Below are positions 8,526-17,219 of a stretch of 64,000 nucleotides of DNA, one piece after another. Both the position numbers and the translations under genes were made by a program. Within the stretch, counting starts at the first letter, position 1; every line of letters starts with the position of its first letter. The DNA lies in NCBI GenBank assembly GCA_964356815.1, contig CAYHIR010000002.1, forward strand, positions 7,418 to 71,417. The letters run 5' to 3'. The notes beneath the pieces are model-generated. The model did no database searches. It was not told the origin of the DNA and worked only from the letters and a program-made list of their open reading frames with translations. The stretch is from an uncultured Candidatus Saccharibacteria bacterium (GTDB taxonomy: Bacteria > Patescibacteriota > Minisyncoccia > Phycocordibacterales > DATGWK01).

Positions 8526-8945
8526 ATGAAAAAAGAAAAAATTGTTTTACTGCTTCTTCGTTTATCAATGGGTTTTATTTTCCTATGGGCGTTTTTTGAT
8601 AAGGTTTTTGGTTTGGGATTTGCCACAACAGCCGAAAAAGCGTGGATCAATGGCGGCTCACCGACTTTTGGTTTTCTCTCCAATGCCGCAAAGGGTCCGT
8701 TTGCGGATATTTTTCACAGTCTCGCTGGCATGCCTGCTGTCGACTGGCTATTTATGCTCGGCCTACTTTTCGTTGGCCTTACACTCATATTCAACAAATT
8801 CGTAAAGTGGGGATGCTTAGCTGGCAGTGTGATGCTCCTTCTTATGTACCTCGCCCTTCTCTTACCCGAAAATAATCCGATCATAGACGATCACCTTGTA
8901 TACATTCTTGTTTTGGCACTTGTGGCTTTTAGAAGCGAGAACTAA
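8526..8945 (+). CDS. DoxX-family membrane protein
   Basis: Four-TM pattern with a DoxX-like N-terminus (LLRLSMGFIFLWAFFDK). Start chosen at MKKEK. Confidence 0.6.
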   Translation: MKKEKIVLLLLRLSMGFIFLWAFFDKVFGLGFATTAEKAWINGGSPTFGFLSNAAKGPFADIFHSLAGMPAVDWLFMLGLLFVGLTLIFNKFVKWGCLAGSVMLLLMYLALLLPENNPIIDDHLVYILVLALVAFRSEN

Positions 8946-10006
8946 TTTCCCTCAAGTGGCCCCGACGAACCACCTCGCCCAGCAATAACCGAGACGCTAA
9001 TACCACTTTCATTTGCCACATACACTTTTTTACCAAAACCAAGCATTGCGAAAGGTTTTGATCCAACACCGAGAGTAGACACAGTATTGCTGTTCAAAGT
9101 ATCGATAACCGACACAGAATCGTCGGCAAGATTGGCGACATAAACCTTAGAGCCAAGTACGGCTATTTCTTTCGGCAGATTACCCACGGGGATAGTAGAG
9201 ACGGCGTTATCACTGGCAGTATCAATAATAGAAATCGTGTCATCGATACTGTTGGTAACATAAACTTTTTTACCCAAAGTAGCTAAAGCAGGACCGTAAA
9301 AAGAGCTCTGACCGACTGTTATAGAAGAAACGGAATAGTTGTTTGCGGGATCGATAATTGAAACAGTGTTACCAACATTGCCCACAAAGACCTTCCCGCC
9401 GAGTGTGGCTAGAGAATGAGGCTTAGTGCCAAGATCTATGCTCGTAACAGCATTGCCGTTGGCGATGTCGATAATAGACACACCACTACTTTCAGCCACA
9501 TAAACCTTTTTACCCACCACGAGTAAATCTTTCGGACCGAAGCCAACTTGAATGTTGGAGGCAGAATTACCATTGGCAGTGTCGATGATAGAAACCACAC
9601 CCTTGCTCTCACTTGCGACATAGACCTTAGAATCGGTGGCTGCTACGGCGTAAGGAAACTGACCAACTGTTACGGAAGTTACAGAGTTGGCATTTGCAGT
9701 ATCAATAACAGACACGGAATTGTCGCCACTGTTTACCACATACACCTTCGATCCGACACTGACCATAGACTGAGGCGCGGCTCCAACATTTACAGTCGAA
9801 ACTGAATTTGCATTGGCAGTGTCGATGACGGATACGGTCGCATCGTCAAAATTGGCTACAAAAACTTTAGAGCCTACGGTTGCAAAAGCTCGGGGTCCTC
9901 CACCCACAGGAATTGTGACCAAAACAGTATCTGCTGAAACTAGATTGGAAAATATACCGAAAAGTATGAGAACGAAGACAGCAATGAAGGGTAGAGATTT
10001 TTTCAT
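8942..10006 (-). CDS. secreted YVTN-family beta-propeller repeat protein
   Basis: Signal peptide followed by about 8 repeats of about 40 aa: VGxxPxxxxxxGSKVYVxNxxDxSVSVIDTANxNxV. Confidence 0.7.
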   Translation of the reverse strand: MKKSLPFIAVFVLILFGIFSNLVSADTVLVTIPVGGGPRAFATVGSKVFVANFDDATVSVIDTANANSVSTVNVGAAPQSMVSVGSKVYVVNSGDNSVSVIDTANANSVTSVTVGQFPYAVAATDSKVYVASESKGVVSIIDTANGNSASNIQVGFGPKDLLVVGKKVYVAESSGVSIIDIANGNAVTSIDLGTKPHSLATLGGKVFVGNVGNTVSIIDPANNYSVSSITVGQSSFYGPALATLGKKVYVTNSIDDTISIIDTASDNAVSTIPVGNLPKEIAVLGSKVYVANLADDSVSVIDTLNSNTVSTLGVGSKPFAMLGFGKKVYVANESGISVSVIAGRGGSSGPLEGN

Positions 10007-10146
10007 AATGAACAGACTGAGTGCAGTTTTTTAAATTATTAATAAAATAAACGACGACAAACGACCATGAACAGAAGTAACAGAATAATTCTAGCAAAAC
10101 CACTTAGAAGAGTATACTCGGCTCATTTCGTGTTATATTTCTAGGA

Positions 10147-11016
10147 ATGGAACCAGCCCAAAAAAATCGCGCCTTGGGTGTCGTCCTGATTGCTATTATT
10201 CTAATCGGTGGCTTTTTCTTCTACCGCACATACACCAAGCTAAGCGACGCTCGAAGCGAGCTCTCCTCTTCAACAGCCGCCGCAGAGGAGTTCCAATTTC
10301 AACTTTCTGAAGCGGGAGAAGAAAACGCTGAGCTTAAAGAATCACTAGAAAATGAGCGCGCTCGAGCCGAAGAGCTTTCGGAGAAATTGTCTGATGCAAC
10401 GGGCGCAATAGATGAATTTGAAAAATTGAGTCGCATCGATCCAGAGCTTCTCCAAAAATATTCCAAGGTCTTCTTTCTAAATGAAAATTACAAACCGGCA
10501 GATCTCCAAGACATAACCACAAAATATTTATACACACCCGCCAAGCCAGCTACGATTCACGATGAGGTTTGGTCGAATCTTCGCCGCCTTCTTGCCCGTG
10601 CCGAAAGAGACAAGGCGCCCTTAAAGGTCGTCTCGGGCTTTCGTTCCTTCGAAGATCAGACCACGCTAAAAGGTAAATACACAACCGTCTACGGTTCTGG
10701 CGCTAATCAGTTTTCCGCCGATCAAGGCTACTCCGAACATCAGCTTGGCACAGCCGTCGACTTTGCTACCGTCGACACTCCACCCGCTGAATTAATTTTT
10801 GAAAATACTGCCGGTTACAAATGGCTCCAGAAAAATGCTCACAATTACGGCTTCGTCCTTTCCTATCCAAAAGGCAATTCGTTCTACCAATTTGAGCCGT
10901 GGCACTGGCGCTTCGTCGGTGTTGACTTAGCTACGGATCTTTACAACGACGAGAAAAATTTCTACGAAATGGATCAGCGTGAGATTGATAAATATTTAAT
11001 TAAGATTTTCGATTAA
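10147..11016 (+). CDS. peptidase M15 (VanY/D-Ala-D-Ala carboxypeptidase family), membrane anchored
   Basis: N-terminal TM plus coiled coil. Motifs SGFRSFEDQ, SEHQLGTAVDF and EPWHWRFVG match zinc D,D-carboxypeptidases. Confidence 0.75.
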   Translation: MEPAQKNRALGVVLIAIILIGGFFFYRTYTKLSDARSELSSSTAAAEEFQFQLSEAGEENAELKESLENERARAEELSEKLSDATGAIDEFEKLSRIDPELLQKYSKVFFLNENYKPADLQDITTKYLYTPAKPATIHDEVWSNLRRLLARAERDKAPLKVVSGFRSFEDQTTLKGKYTTVYGSGANQFSADQGYSEHQLGTAVDFATVDTPPAELIFENTAGYKWLQKNAHNYGFVLSYPKGNSFYQFEPWHWRFVGVDLATDLYNDEKNFYEMDQREIDKYLIKIFD

Positions 11017-11129
11017 AGAATCGGCAGAGCGCGAGCGATATTGCGAGCGCGGAAAACTGGCTAATTTGAGCCGTTTTTTCATGCTTTTTATTGTATACCA
11101 AATTTACCTGTTTTCTTTGTGTTTTTTGC

Positions 11130-11390
11130 TTGACAAAAAGATTTAAGTATGATAAGCTAGTAATGGATCGGTAATCGCGATGTTAGCGAAAGATACTCGC
11201 GCGAAGGGGCCGCGTTTCATTTCACGCCCCTATCTCTTATCTCTCTGTGATTTACTCTTCCAAATCACAGAGGGGTGCTTAAATTGAAATCGGAGGGAGA
11301 CTCGGTGTCGTTCGTCCAACGACGCCTCGAGTAATGGGGTAAAGGACATGACCCTCGATTGCGCAAGCAACCGGGGGTCAATTTTTATAA
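11130..11390 (+). ncRNA. candidate structured small RNA of unknown class (promoter-like box, several hairpins, terminator)
   Basis: 380-bp non-coding gap between convergent genes. TTGACA at 11130 with a weak -10. Perfect hairpins AGGGGC...GCCCCT, CTGTGATTT...AAATCACAG and GGTGTCGTT...AACGACGCC. Ends with GACCCTCG...CCGGGGGTC plus AATTTTTAT. Confidence 0.35.
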
Positions 11391-11395
11391 ATGAT

Positions 11396-11638
11396 TTATA
11401 AATCAACAGAAAGAATTTTACTCGGCGAATGATGACCGCTAATTATGCGCACTTTACCAACTGGAATTTTATAATTTCTAGCCACCAACTCCACCACTCG
11501 ACTATTAGCCATATTTCTTTCGGCTTTTTGTTTTACAGATATTTCAAAATGGTCAGCACCATGCGCGGCTTCGTTCGTTGATTTTTTTGTAAACCTCTCT
11601 ACCTTTGCACTAGGAGTAACTCTGACCTTTACATACAT
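11396..11638 (-). CDS. DUF167 (YggU-like) family protein
   Basis: 80-aa protein whose VRVTPSAK...HGADHFEISVKQKAE pattern resembles UPF0235/YggU. Confidence 0.5.
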   Translation of the reverse strand: MYVKVRVTPSAKVERFTKKSTNEAAHGADHFEISVKQKAERNMANSRVVELVARNYKIPVGKVRIISGHHSPSKILSVDL

Positions 11639-11743
11639 AAATTGATATTAGCATGAAGCCTACGGTAAAGCGCCTGCCGAAGTGGTATACTTGATACAGA
11701 GTCGTTTTCGTTCTTTTCATCACCCAATACCCTGGAGGGGAAA

Positions 11744-12613
11744 ATGTACACAAGAAAAATCGCAGGTTTAGACCGTGAGCTTCATTGGCCGGCGGTGCTT
11801 GGCCTCGGATTTATTCATGTAGTAGCCCTATGCGCCATCTGGCCAGGCTTCTTTTCGTGGAGTGGTCTGATTATCGCCGTCTTTCTTGGCTGGCTTTCTG
11901 GCTGGCTTGGAATCACACTGTGCTTCCATCGTCTGCTCACCCACCGAAGCTTTGAGACGCCAAAATGGTTTGAATATTTTCTGACCATCTGCGGCACTCT
12001 GGCTTGGCAAGGTGGGCCGATCACTTGGGTCGGCACTCATCGCATTCACCACGCTTATTCCGACGAAGATGGCGACCCTCACTCGCCCCGACACGGACCT
12101 TGGTGGGCACATGTCTTTTGGACCGTCTTCAAGAGACCGATCGGTGCCAGAGATCCGTGGAGCGTTGCCAAAGATCTTTCGGGCGATAAAGGGACTTTCC
12201 TAATCGACCGATTTTTCGGGGCTCCGCAATTCGTTGTGACAATCGCTCTTCTCACCGCCGGTTACTTTCTCTACGGAGCCGAGACAGCACTTTCGTGGTT
12301 CGTTTGGGGTATTGGAGTCCGCACTTTCGTGATCTACCATATCACATGGGCAGTCAATTCGATTTGCCACATGTGGGGCTACAGAAACTTCGAAACCTCT
12401 GACCAGTCACGGAATAATCTACTGGTTGGCATCCTTTCAGCAGGAGAAGGTTTCCACAACAACCATCACCGCGACCAACGCTCCGCGAGACACGGCATGA
12501 AGTGGTGGGAAATTGATGTCACCTGGCTGACGATCAAAATCCTGTCCTTCCTCGGACTTGCTTGGAACATCAAACAACCCAACTCCGAGACGCTCACAAA
12601 ACTCGCCGGATAA
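11744..12613 (+). CDS. acyl-CoA/acyl-lipid delta-9 fatty acid desaturase (membrane, three His boxes)
   Basis: His boxes HRLLTH, HRIHHAYSD and HNNHHRD. SD GGAGGGG upstream. About 52% GC. Terminator at about 12640-12672. Confidence 0.75.
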   Translation: MYTRKIAGLDRELHWPAVLGLGFIHVVALCAIWPGFFSWSGLIIAVFLGWLSGWLGITLCFHRLLTHRSFETPKWFEYFLTICGTLAWQGGPITWVGTHRIHHAYSDEDGDPHSPRHGPWWAHVFWTVFKRPIGARDPWSVAKDLSGDKGTFLIDRFFGAPQFVVTIALLTAGYFLYGAETALSWFVWGIGVRTFVIYHITWAVNSICHMWGYRNFETSDQSRNNLLVGILSAGEGFHNNHHRDQRSARHGMKWWEIDVTWLTIKILSFLGLAWNIKQPNSETLTKLAG

Positions 12614-12715
12614 AAACTAAAAAACGCCAACACAGACAACAAAGAGCCGCCCACGGGCTCTTTTTTCATGCATTTTTAGCACATTTTCTTGTGCACAGGC
12701 GTAGCTTGTGCGGGC

Positions 12716-12744
12716 TTGACGAATTCCCTGATTTGTCCTAGTAT
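12716..12744 (+). promoter_or_regulatory. sigma70-like promoter TTGACG-N17-TAGTAT
   Basis: Consensus spacing, followed by the palindrome GACGAAACGTTCGTC, then an SD and the ORF at 12824. Confidence 0.45.
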
Positions 12745-12823
12745 ATCGTGAGAAAAGTAGCTATTTTGACGAAACGTTCGTCGAAGGTTGCGATTCGCAA
12801 ACCCCTTTGCAGGAGGCCTCCAA

Positions 12824-13327
12824 ATGATGAGCGGAGCTCATGGACAGATCTACCCCAGAGATTTCGGGGAGCTCGATGAAGACGACAGCGTGGGATTTTT
12901 CATGGAGCATGAGGGTGCTGTTTGCTCAATTGCGAAGGTCTTCTGGTTCTCATTCGCCGCCATCGCCCTCTGTCTCGGTCTCCTCCTCATGGCACAGAGG
13001 CCCACTGATCCAAACGGCCCAATGAGCTGGCAAGATGGCCAATTCTTCGTGGTCAACCGAAGCTTCGGAGACCTTCATGTTCTCAGGATCAACCGACTCT
13101 ACCGAGTCGTGGGAACTGATCAGGACAACAGCCTGCGCGTTGAATACATGTACGGGCCGTGGCCACTTAATAAGGAAAGGCGTGAGAGCACGCTTTCAGC
13201 CAAGTGGCTCAAAGAGAACGTGCGACGGTCAGACTGTACTGTGGTGAACGGGAGCGACCGCAAATACACCGAGCAGATAGCGGAGCTCACGGGTGTAATC
13301 AAAAACGCCGCTCTCGCTGGCAGATAA
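12824..13327 (+). CDS. hypothetical membrane-anchored protein (GC-rich cassette gene)
   Basis: SD AGGAGG 7 nt before ATG. One TM segment. Terminator downstream. Confidence 0.45.
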   Translation: MMSGAHGQIYPRDFGELDEDDSVGFFMEHEGAVCSIAKVFWFSFAAIALCLGLLLMAQRPTDPNGPMSWQDGQFFVVNRSFGDLHVLRINRLYRVVGTDQDNSLRVEYMYGPWPLNKERRESTLSAKWLKENVRRSDCTVVNGSDRKYTEQIAELTGVIKNAALAGR

Positions 13328-13343
13328 GATAGTCGCTCCAAAA

Positions 13344-13373
13344 CGCCCGATCGATCTGATCGGGTGTTTTTTC
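13344..13373 (+). terminator. rho-independent terminator
   Basis: CCCGATC-gatct-GATCGGG followed by TGTTTTTTC. Confidence 0.6.
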
Positions 13374-13406
13374 TTGACTTTTGTACATTGCTTCGCGACC
13401 CACGGC

Positions 13407-13808
13407 TCAATACCGCCGTAAACTCAAAACCCTACCAGTTCCCTTTTCTATTTCCGTTTCGATGTTATTTTCGATGCGAATTTTTAAATAATTTTGCGTT
13501 TCATCTATTTTTTCTATCTCACACTCACCGCCTCGCAATTGCCAAATTATCTCGTCGTCTGAAAATCCACCAATCGCGCCCGTCATGCCCATCGCGATTT
13601 TTTCGCGCGCAATCGAAATGCAGGACAAATAAAGTGTTTCTGCGATTCGCGCATTTTCATAATGACCGACATTTTCACGCATCATTATAGATTGACGACC
13701 CATGTCGACAGAAATCAAAAGCATAGCGAGAGAAATGGTTGAGATTATACCGAGAGCAATGTAGCCACCTTTTATCAAACGGCCGTTTTTTGTTTTTAAA
13801 TTATTCAT
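13407..13808 (-). CDS. pseudopilin / minor pilin (prepilin-type N-terminal domain)
   Basis: Starts MNNLKTKNGRLIKGGYIALGIISTISLAMLLI, a pilin-like hydrophobic N-terminal helix. Last gene of the pilus cluster. Confidence 0.45.
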   Translation of the reverse strand: MNNLKTKNGRLIKGGYIALGIISTISLAMLLISVDMGRQSIMMRENVGHYENARIAETLYLSCISIAREKIAMGMTGAIGGFSDDEIIWQLRGGECEIEKIDETQNYLKIRIENNIETEIEKGTGRVLSLRRY

Positions 13809-14298
13809 GAATAAAAATATGAGCCGACGAAGTGCCATATCCAAATCCGTATTCAAATATTTCAAAAGTATCCGAATCACTTTTTCTGTAGACATTAAAA
13901 TTTTGCGCAGAAAAACTGTTGCCATGAAGTAGCACAGGCTCGTCGTGATTTTCGGTTAGAAATAATTTTTGATCCTCGAGATTTATTTTTATTAAATCAC
14001 CACTAGAGCCGCCGCCACTACCGCCGAACAATCGGACCTCAAATGTGTCGGAGTCTTCGTCTAGTCCTGGCTCTAATATATCCCTCTGATTTTTAATCAG
14101 TTGACGAATGTTCGATTCGATAAAAATTCTGTCGGAAAGCTCTACGCTCGACCTACCAATTCGACCTCGCGTTTGTTCCAGAGCGTAAAATGTTGGCACA
14201 ATCGCCGTCATTATGATGGAAAGGATTGCAAGATAAATAAGTGTTTCCACCAAGCTAAAACCGGAATTGAAATTTGAATTGTAATTCGAAGTTTTCAT
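13801..14298 (-). CDS. pseudopilin (prepilin N-terminal cleavage/methylation motif)
   Basis: N-terminus NSGFSLVETLIYLAILSIIMTAI gives the G-F-S-L-V-E prepilin peptidase site. Confidence 0.6.
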   Translation of the reverse strand: MKTSNYNSNFNSGFSLVETLIYLAILSIIMTAIVPTFYALEQTRGRIGRSSVELSDRIFIESNIRQLIKNQRDILEPGLDEDSDTFEVRLFGGSGGGSSGDLIKINLEDQKLFLTENHDEPVLLHGNSFSAQNFNVYRKSDSDTFEIFEYGFGYGTSSAHIFIHE

Positions 14299-14304
14299 AA
14301 TTTT

Positions 14305-15690
14305 TTAGGGCATTAAGTTGACCATCGCAAAATATGGCTCGCCAAATATCGAAATCATAAGACGATTGTCTTCGTAGTCGACACCAGTTATTTTTTGCGC
14401 TGTAGACGCTGTTGCGACGGGTAAAATATTGGTTGTCGAGGCAATATTTAAAATTTGAAGAGTTGAGCTGTTTGAGGCAATTTTTGAAGTGCCGAGAATT
14501 GCCAAGTCGTGCTGAATGGAGATAGAATTTATATCGGCAAAAACTGTGTACGAGCCTAAAATTTCGGGCATTTCCCCGTCGAAAATTTTTGAAATATCAA
14601 TAATATAAAAATCTGGATGGATACTGCTGGCCGGACTTTTGAATCGCCCGAGATATAAAGTTTTACCAAGAAGGGCGAGTGAGCGACCGTCTTCATTACC
14701 TGGCAAATCCATTTCAGCAACCGGAAAAATGGCTTGCGGATTTAAAACATCGAGAACTATCAAATCGCGAGCATTACCTGATGTTGCCAAAAAAGCTAGG
14801 CCACTCTGCACAACGATGCTGTTTATATTGTGATTGATTTCCCGACTGCCTAGCCACACCGGTTCGTGCGGGTCACTAACATCAAAAATATGAAACTCGT
14901 GGCCGGCAGTGCGCCGTGTACCGATATAAATGCGATTGTCGTAATAAAAAATGCTCCAACCTTCCGGCCGCGAGCCCGCCACACCCGGCAAAGTGCTCGT
15001 GGCGATAAGAGAAGGTGACTCACTTAGATGAATCTTTGGATCAATTATTGCCAGCTGGCCTGTAGAATTTTTTAAGGCGGCGAAAATGGTTCCGTTTGCT
15101 ACGTCTAAAGCATTGATGCCAGAACCTAGGCCGGCGGCGAGGTGAAATTCATATAAAGAATCGTCAAAAGAGCCGGCGATTAGATCTGGCCGATCCTCGT
15201 CGGCTTCTGGACTAATTAGAGAAACGAAAAAATTTTGCCCCAAAATATCTACGCCAGTCGCCTCCACTGCACCAAAATTTTCTGCGGCGGAATCGAGCGT
15301 GGGATCAACATCGCCCGTTTTTATAAAATCGGGATAACCACCGCAATCTTCACCGCGCCGTTTGAGTTCGGGGATGTCGGCCACTAGCAAGCTTTCCGAA
15401 ATTTCCACCAAGCACGGCGTAATATTTCTAAATTTTTCTGAAATCCCCTCCACACCTGCCCATGATAAATCGAGCGACTTAAAAAAATAATTTTCGAGAG
15501 CATCGTGCGCGATGCCCACTGCAGAAAATCGCAAGCCCGTTCGTACTGAAATATCGTCAGATTGAAAAACTAACACCCAAACCGAGGAAGAAATCAAAGC
15601 AAAAAGCCCGAGAGCGATCATGGCTTCGATGAGGGCGATGCCTGCGCGCTTCGATCGTCCGCCGAAATTTTTAAATAATGGCACCGACAT
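14305..15690 (-). CDS. large minor pilin / pilus-associated protein with pilin-like N-terminus and beta-propeller-like (LVIVD-type) repeats
   Basis: N-terminal KRAGIALIEAMIALGLFAL pilin-like helix, then 430 aa with repeated hydrophobic beta-strand motifs. Confidence 0.5.
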   Translation of the reverse strand: MSVPLFKNFGGRSKRAGIALIEAMIALGLFALISSSVWVLVFQSDDISVRTGLRFSAVGIAHDALENYFFKSLDLSWAGVEGISEKFRNITPCLVEISESLLVADIPELKRRGEDCGGYPDFIKTGDVDPTLDSAAENFGAVEATGVDILGQNFFVSLISPEADEDRPDLIAGSFDDSLYEFHLAAGLGSGINALDVANGTIFAALKNSTGQLAIIDPKIHLSESPSLIATSTLPGVAGSRPEGWSIFYYDNRIYIGTRRTAGHEFHIFDVSDPHEPVWLGSREINHNINSIVVQSGLAFLATSGNARDLIVLDVLNPQAIFPVAEMDLPGNEDGRSLALLGKTLYLGRFKSPASSIHPDFYIIDISKIFDGEMPEILGSYTVFADINSISIQHDLAILGTSKIASNSSTLQILNIASTTNILPVATASTAQKITGVDYEDNRLMISIFGEPYFAMVNLMP

Positions 15691-16171
15691 GATTTATTTT
15701 TATTTCTTGATTACAGGCCGGGCCGCTTAGGCCCAGAGAAGCCTCGCTACTTCTTACCCCAGACTTGTCTATTACAAACTCAACGCGATTTTCCGGAAAA
15801 AATTCCGACGAAGATGTGGCGACGAAACCTTCGGAAAGTAAAAATGATTCAAGTAACACATCTCCGTTGTCACCATCGGCAAAAATTTTTATTTCATTTT
15901 CATCAAAAATAGCCACAATATTTTCATCCGTTTTTGCTGACGTCGCCGCTAAATTTCTAGCGCGCAAAATTGCGCCGTGAAGCAAATTGAATTCTGTGTG
16001 ACAAATATTTTTAGCTGCGGAACCAAGGCCGAGACCAACACCCATTGCCGCTATTGCTGCCGCGATTCCCATAACCACCACGATTTCTATCAAGGTGAAA
16101 CCACGCCGAACCGCGCGCCAAAGCCTCCGCGTGAGGCGCCACCTATCTCCTGACATTGCTCGTAATTTCAT
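15671..16171 (-). CDS. pseudopilin (type IV pilin N-terminal methylation motif)
   Basis: RRGFTLIEIVVVMGIAAAIAAM carries the canonical G-FTLIE motif. Confidence 0.65.
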   Translation of the reverse strand: MKLRAMSGDRWRLTRRLWRAVRRGFTLIEIVVVMGIAAAIAAMGVGLGLGSAAKNICHTEFNLLHGAILRARNLAATSAKTDENIVAIFDENEIKIFADGDNGDVLLESFLLSEGFVATSSSEFFPENRVEFVIDKSGVRSSEASLGLSGPACNQEIKINHVGAII

Positions 16172-17219
16172 AAATTGGCGTGATTATCGAGATGGCAATA
16201 AAACCAACGGCCAAGCCAAGAGCGATCATGAGTGCCGGCTCGATCATTTTGGAAAAAGTCTCGATGTCCGACTCAAATATCTCAGAATTTATTTTGGCAA
16301 TTTGCCCGCAAACATCCGAAAGTGAGCCGGTGCGTTCGCCTATTGCTAAAATATTTATATACATTTTTGGGAAAAGCCAAGTGCCAGTGCTTCCGAGTGC
16401 CTCCGCCAACTGTTCTCCTTGAGTGATTTCTTCTTTCGCACTTTCAAGAGCCTGCCTGTACAAATCACTCGTCACAGTGAGTTTCGTCACCTCTATCGCT
16501 TCGACCAAATTGGTTCCAGAAGATGTCAAAACGCTAATCGATTTAAAAATATGAGAGACGGAATACGCCCGATACAAACCACCAAAAAGCGGTGCAAGCA
16601 AAAGAAATTTTTCTAAAAATATTCGCACGCTGGAAAATTTTTTGACAAGAAAGAAAACCGCCGTCACAAAAACGCTTAATCCGAGCACCAAAAATACCCA
16701 GTAATGTTTCAAAAAATCAGCCAGAAATATTACGACCCGAGTCGAGATCGGCAAATCACCTCTCACACTCTGAAGAACAGGAATGATTTTTGGAAAAATA
16801 AAACTCACAATGCCAGTTATTAAAATAAGTGCGAAAACCGCCACGCACGATGGGTAAATAAGCGCACCAATAATTTTTTTGCGAATTTCATTAGAGCGAG
16901 AAAGTTCATCCGCGGCATTTCCAAAAGAATCGCCAAGCGAACCACTCACCTCCCCCACCCTCACCAAAGCCAAAACTATCGATCGCCAACCAGAACTTTT
17001 ACCACCAGCAACAAAAAATTCGCTCAAAGCTTCACCACGATTTACTTCATCCGCCGCTTCCACAAAAAACGCACTGACTTTTTTCGAATGCGATTCATCG
17101 GCCAAAGTCGTCAAGCTTTCGTGCAAAGTCAGGCCAGAGCCGATCAAAACAGAAAGCTGGCGCGAAATGTAAATTTGATCCGCGAGACTTAGTTTTTTAA
17201 AATTAAACATATTAAACAT
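16143..17219 (-). CDS. pilC: type IV pilus / T2SS inner-membrane platform protein (GspF/PilC family)
   Basis: Two T2SSF-like repeats and three TM segments. Lies between the ATPase and the pseudopilins. Confidence 0.75.
   Translation of the reverse strand: MFNMFNFKKLSLADQIYISRQLSVLIGSGLTLHESLTTLADESHSKKVSAFFVEAADEVNRGEALSEFFVAGGKSSGWRSIVLALVRVGEVSGSLGDSFGNAADELSRSNEIRKKIIGALIYPSCVAVFALILITGIVSFIFPKIIPVLQSVRGDLPISTRVVIFLADFLKHYWVFLVLGLSVFVTAVFFLVKKFSSVRIFLEKFLLLAPLFGGLYRAYSVSHIFKSISVLTSSGTNLVEAIEVTKLTVTSDLYRQALESAKEEITQGEQLAEALGSTGTWLFPKMYINILAIGERTGSLSDVCGQIAKINSEIFESDIETFSKMIEPALMIALGLAVGFIAISIITPIYEITSNVRR

Noticed and set aside
11130-11390. tmRNA, RNase P RNA, SRP RNA or a tRNA in the long intergenic region
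   Set aside because: I could find no tRNA-like T-arm or CCA end, no RNase P P4 motifs, and no SRP domain IV motif. It is left as an unclassified structured RNA candidate.
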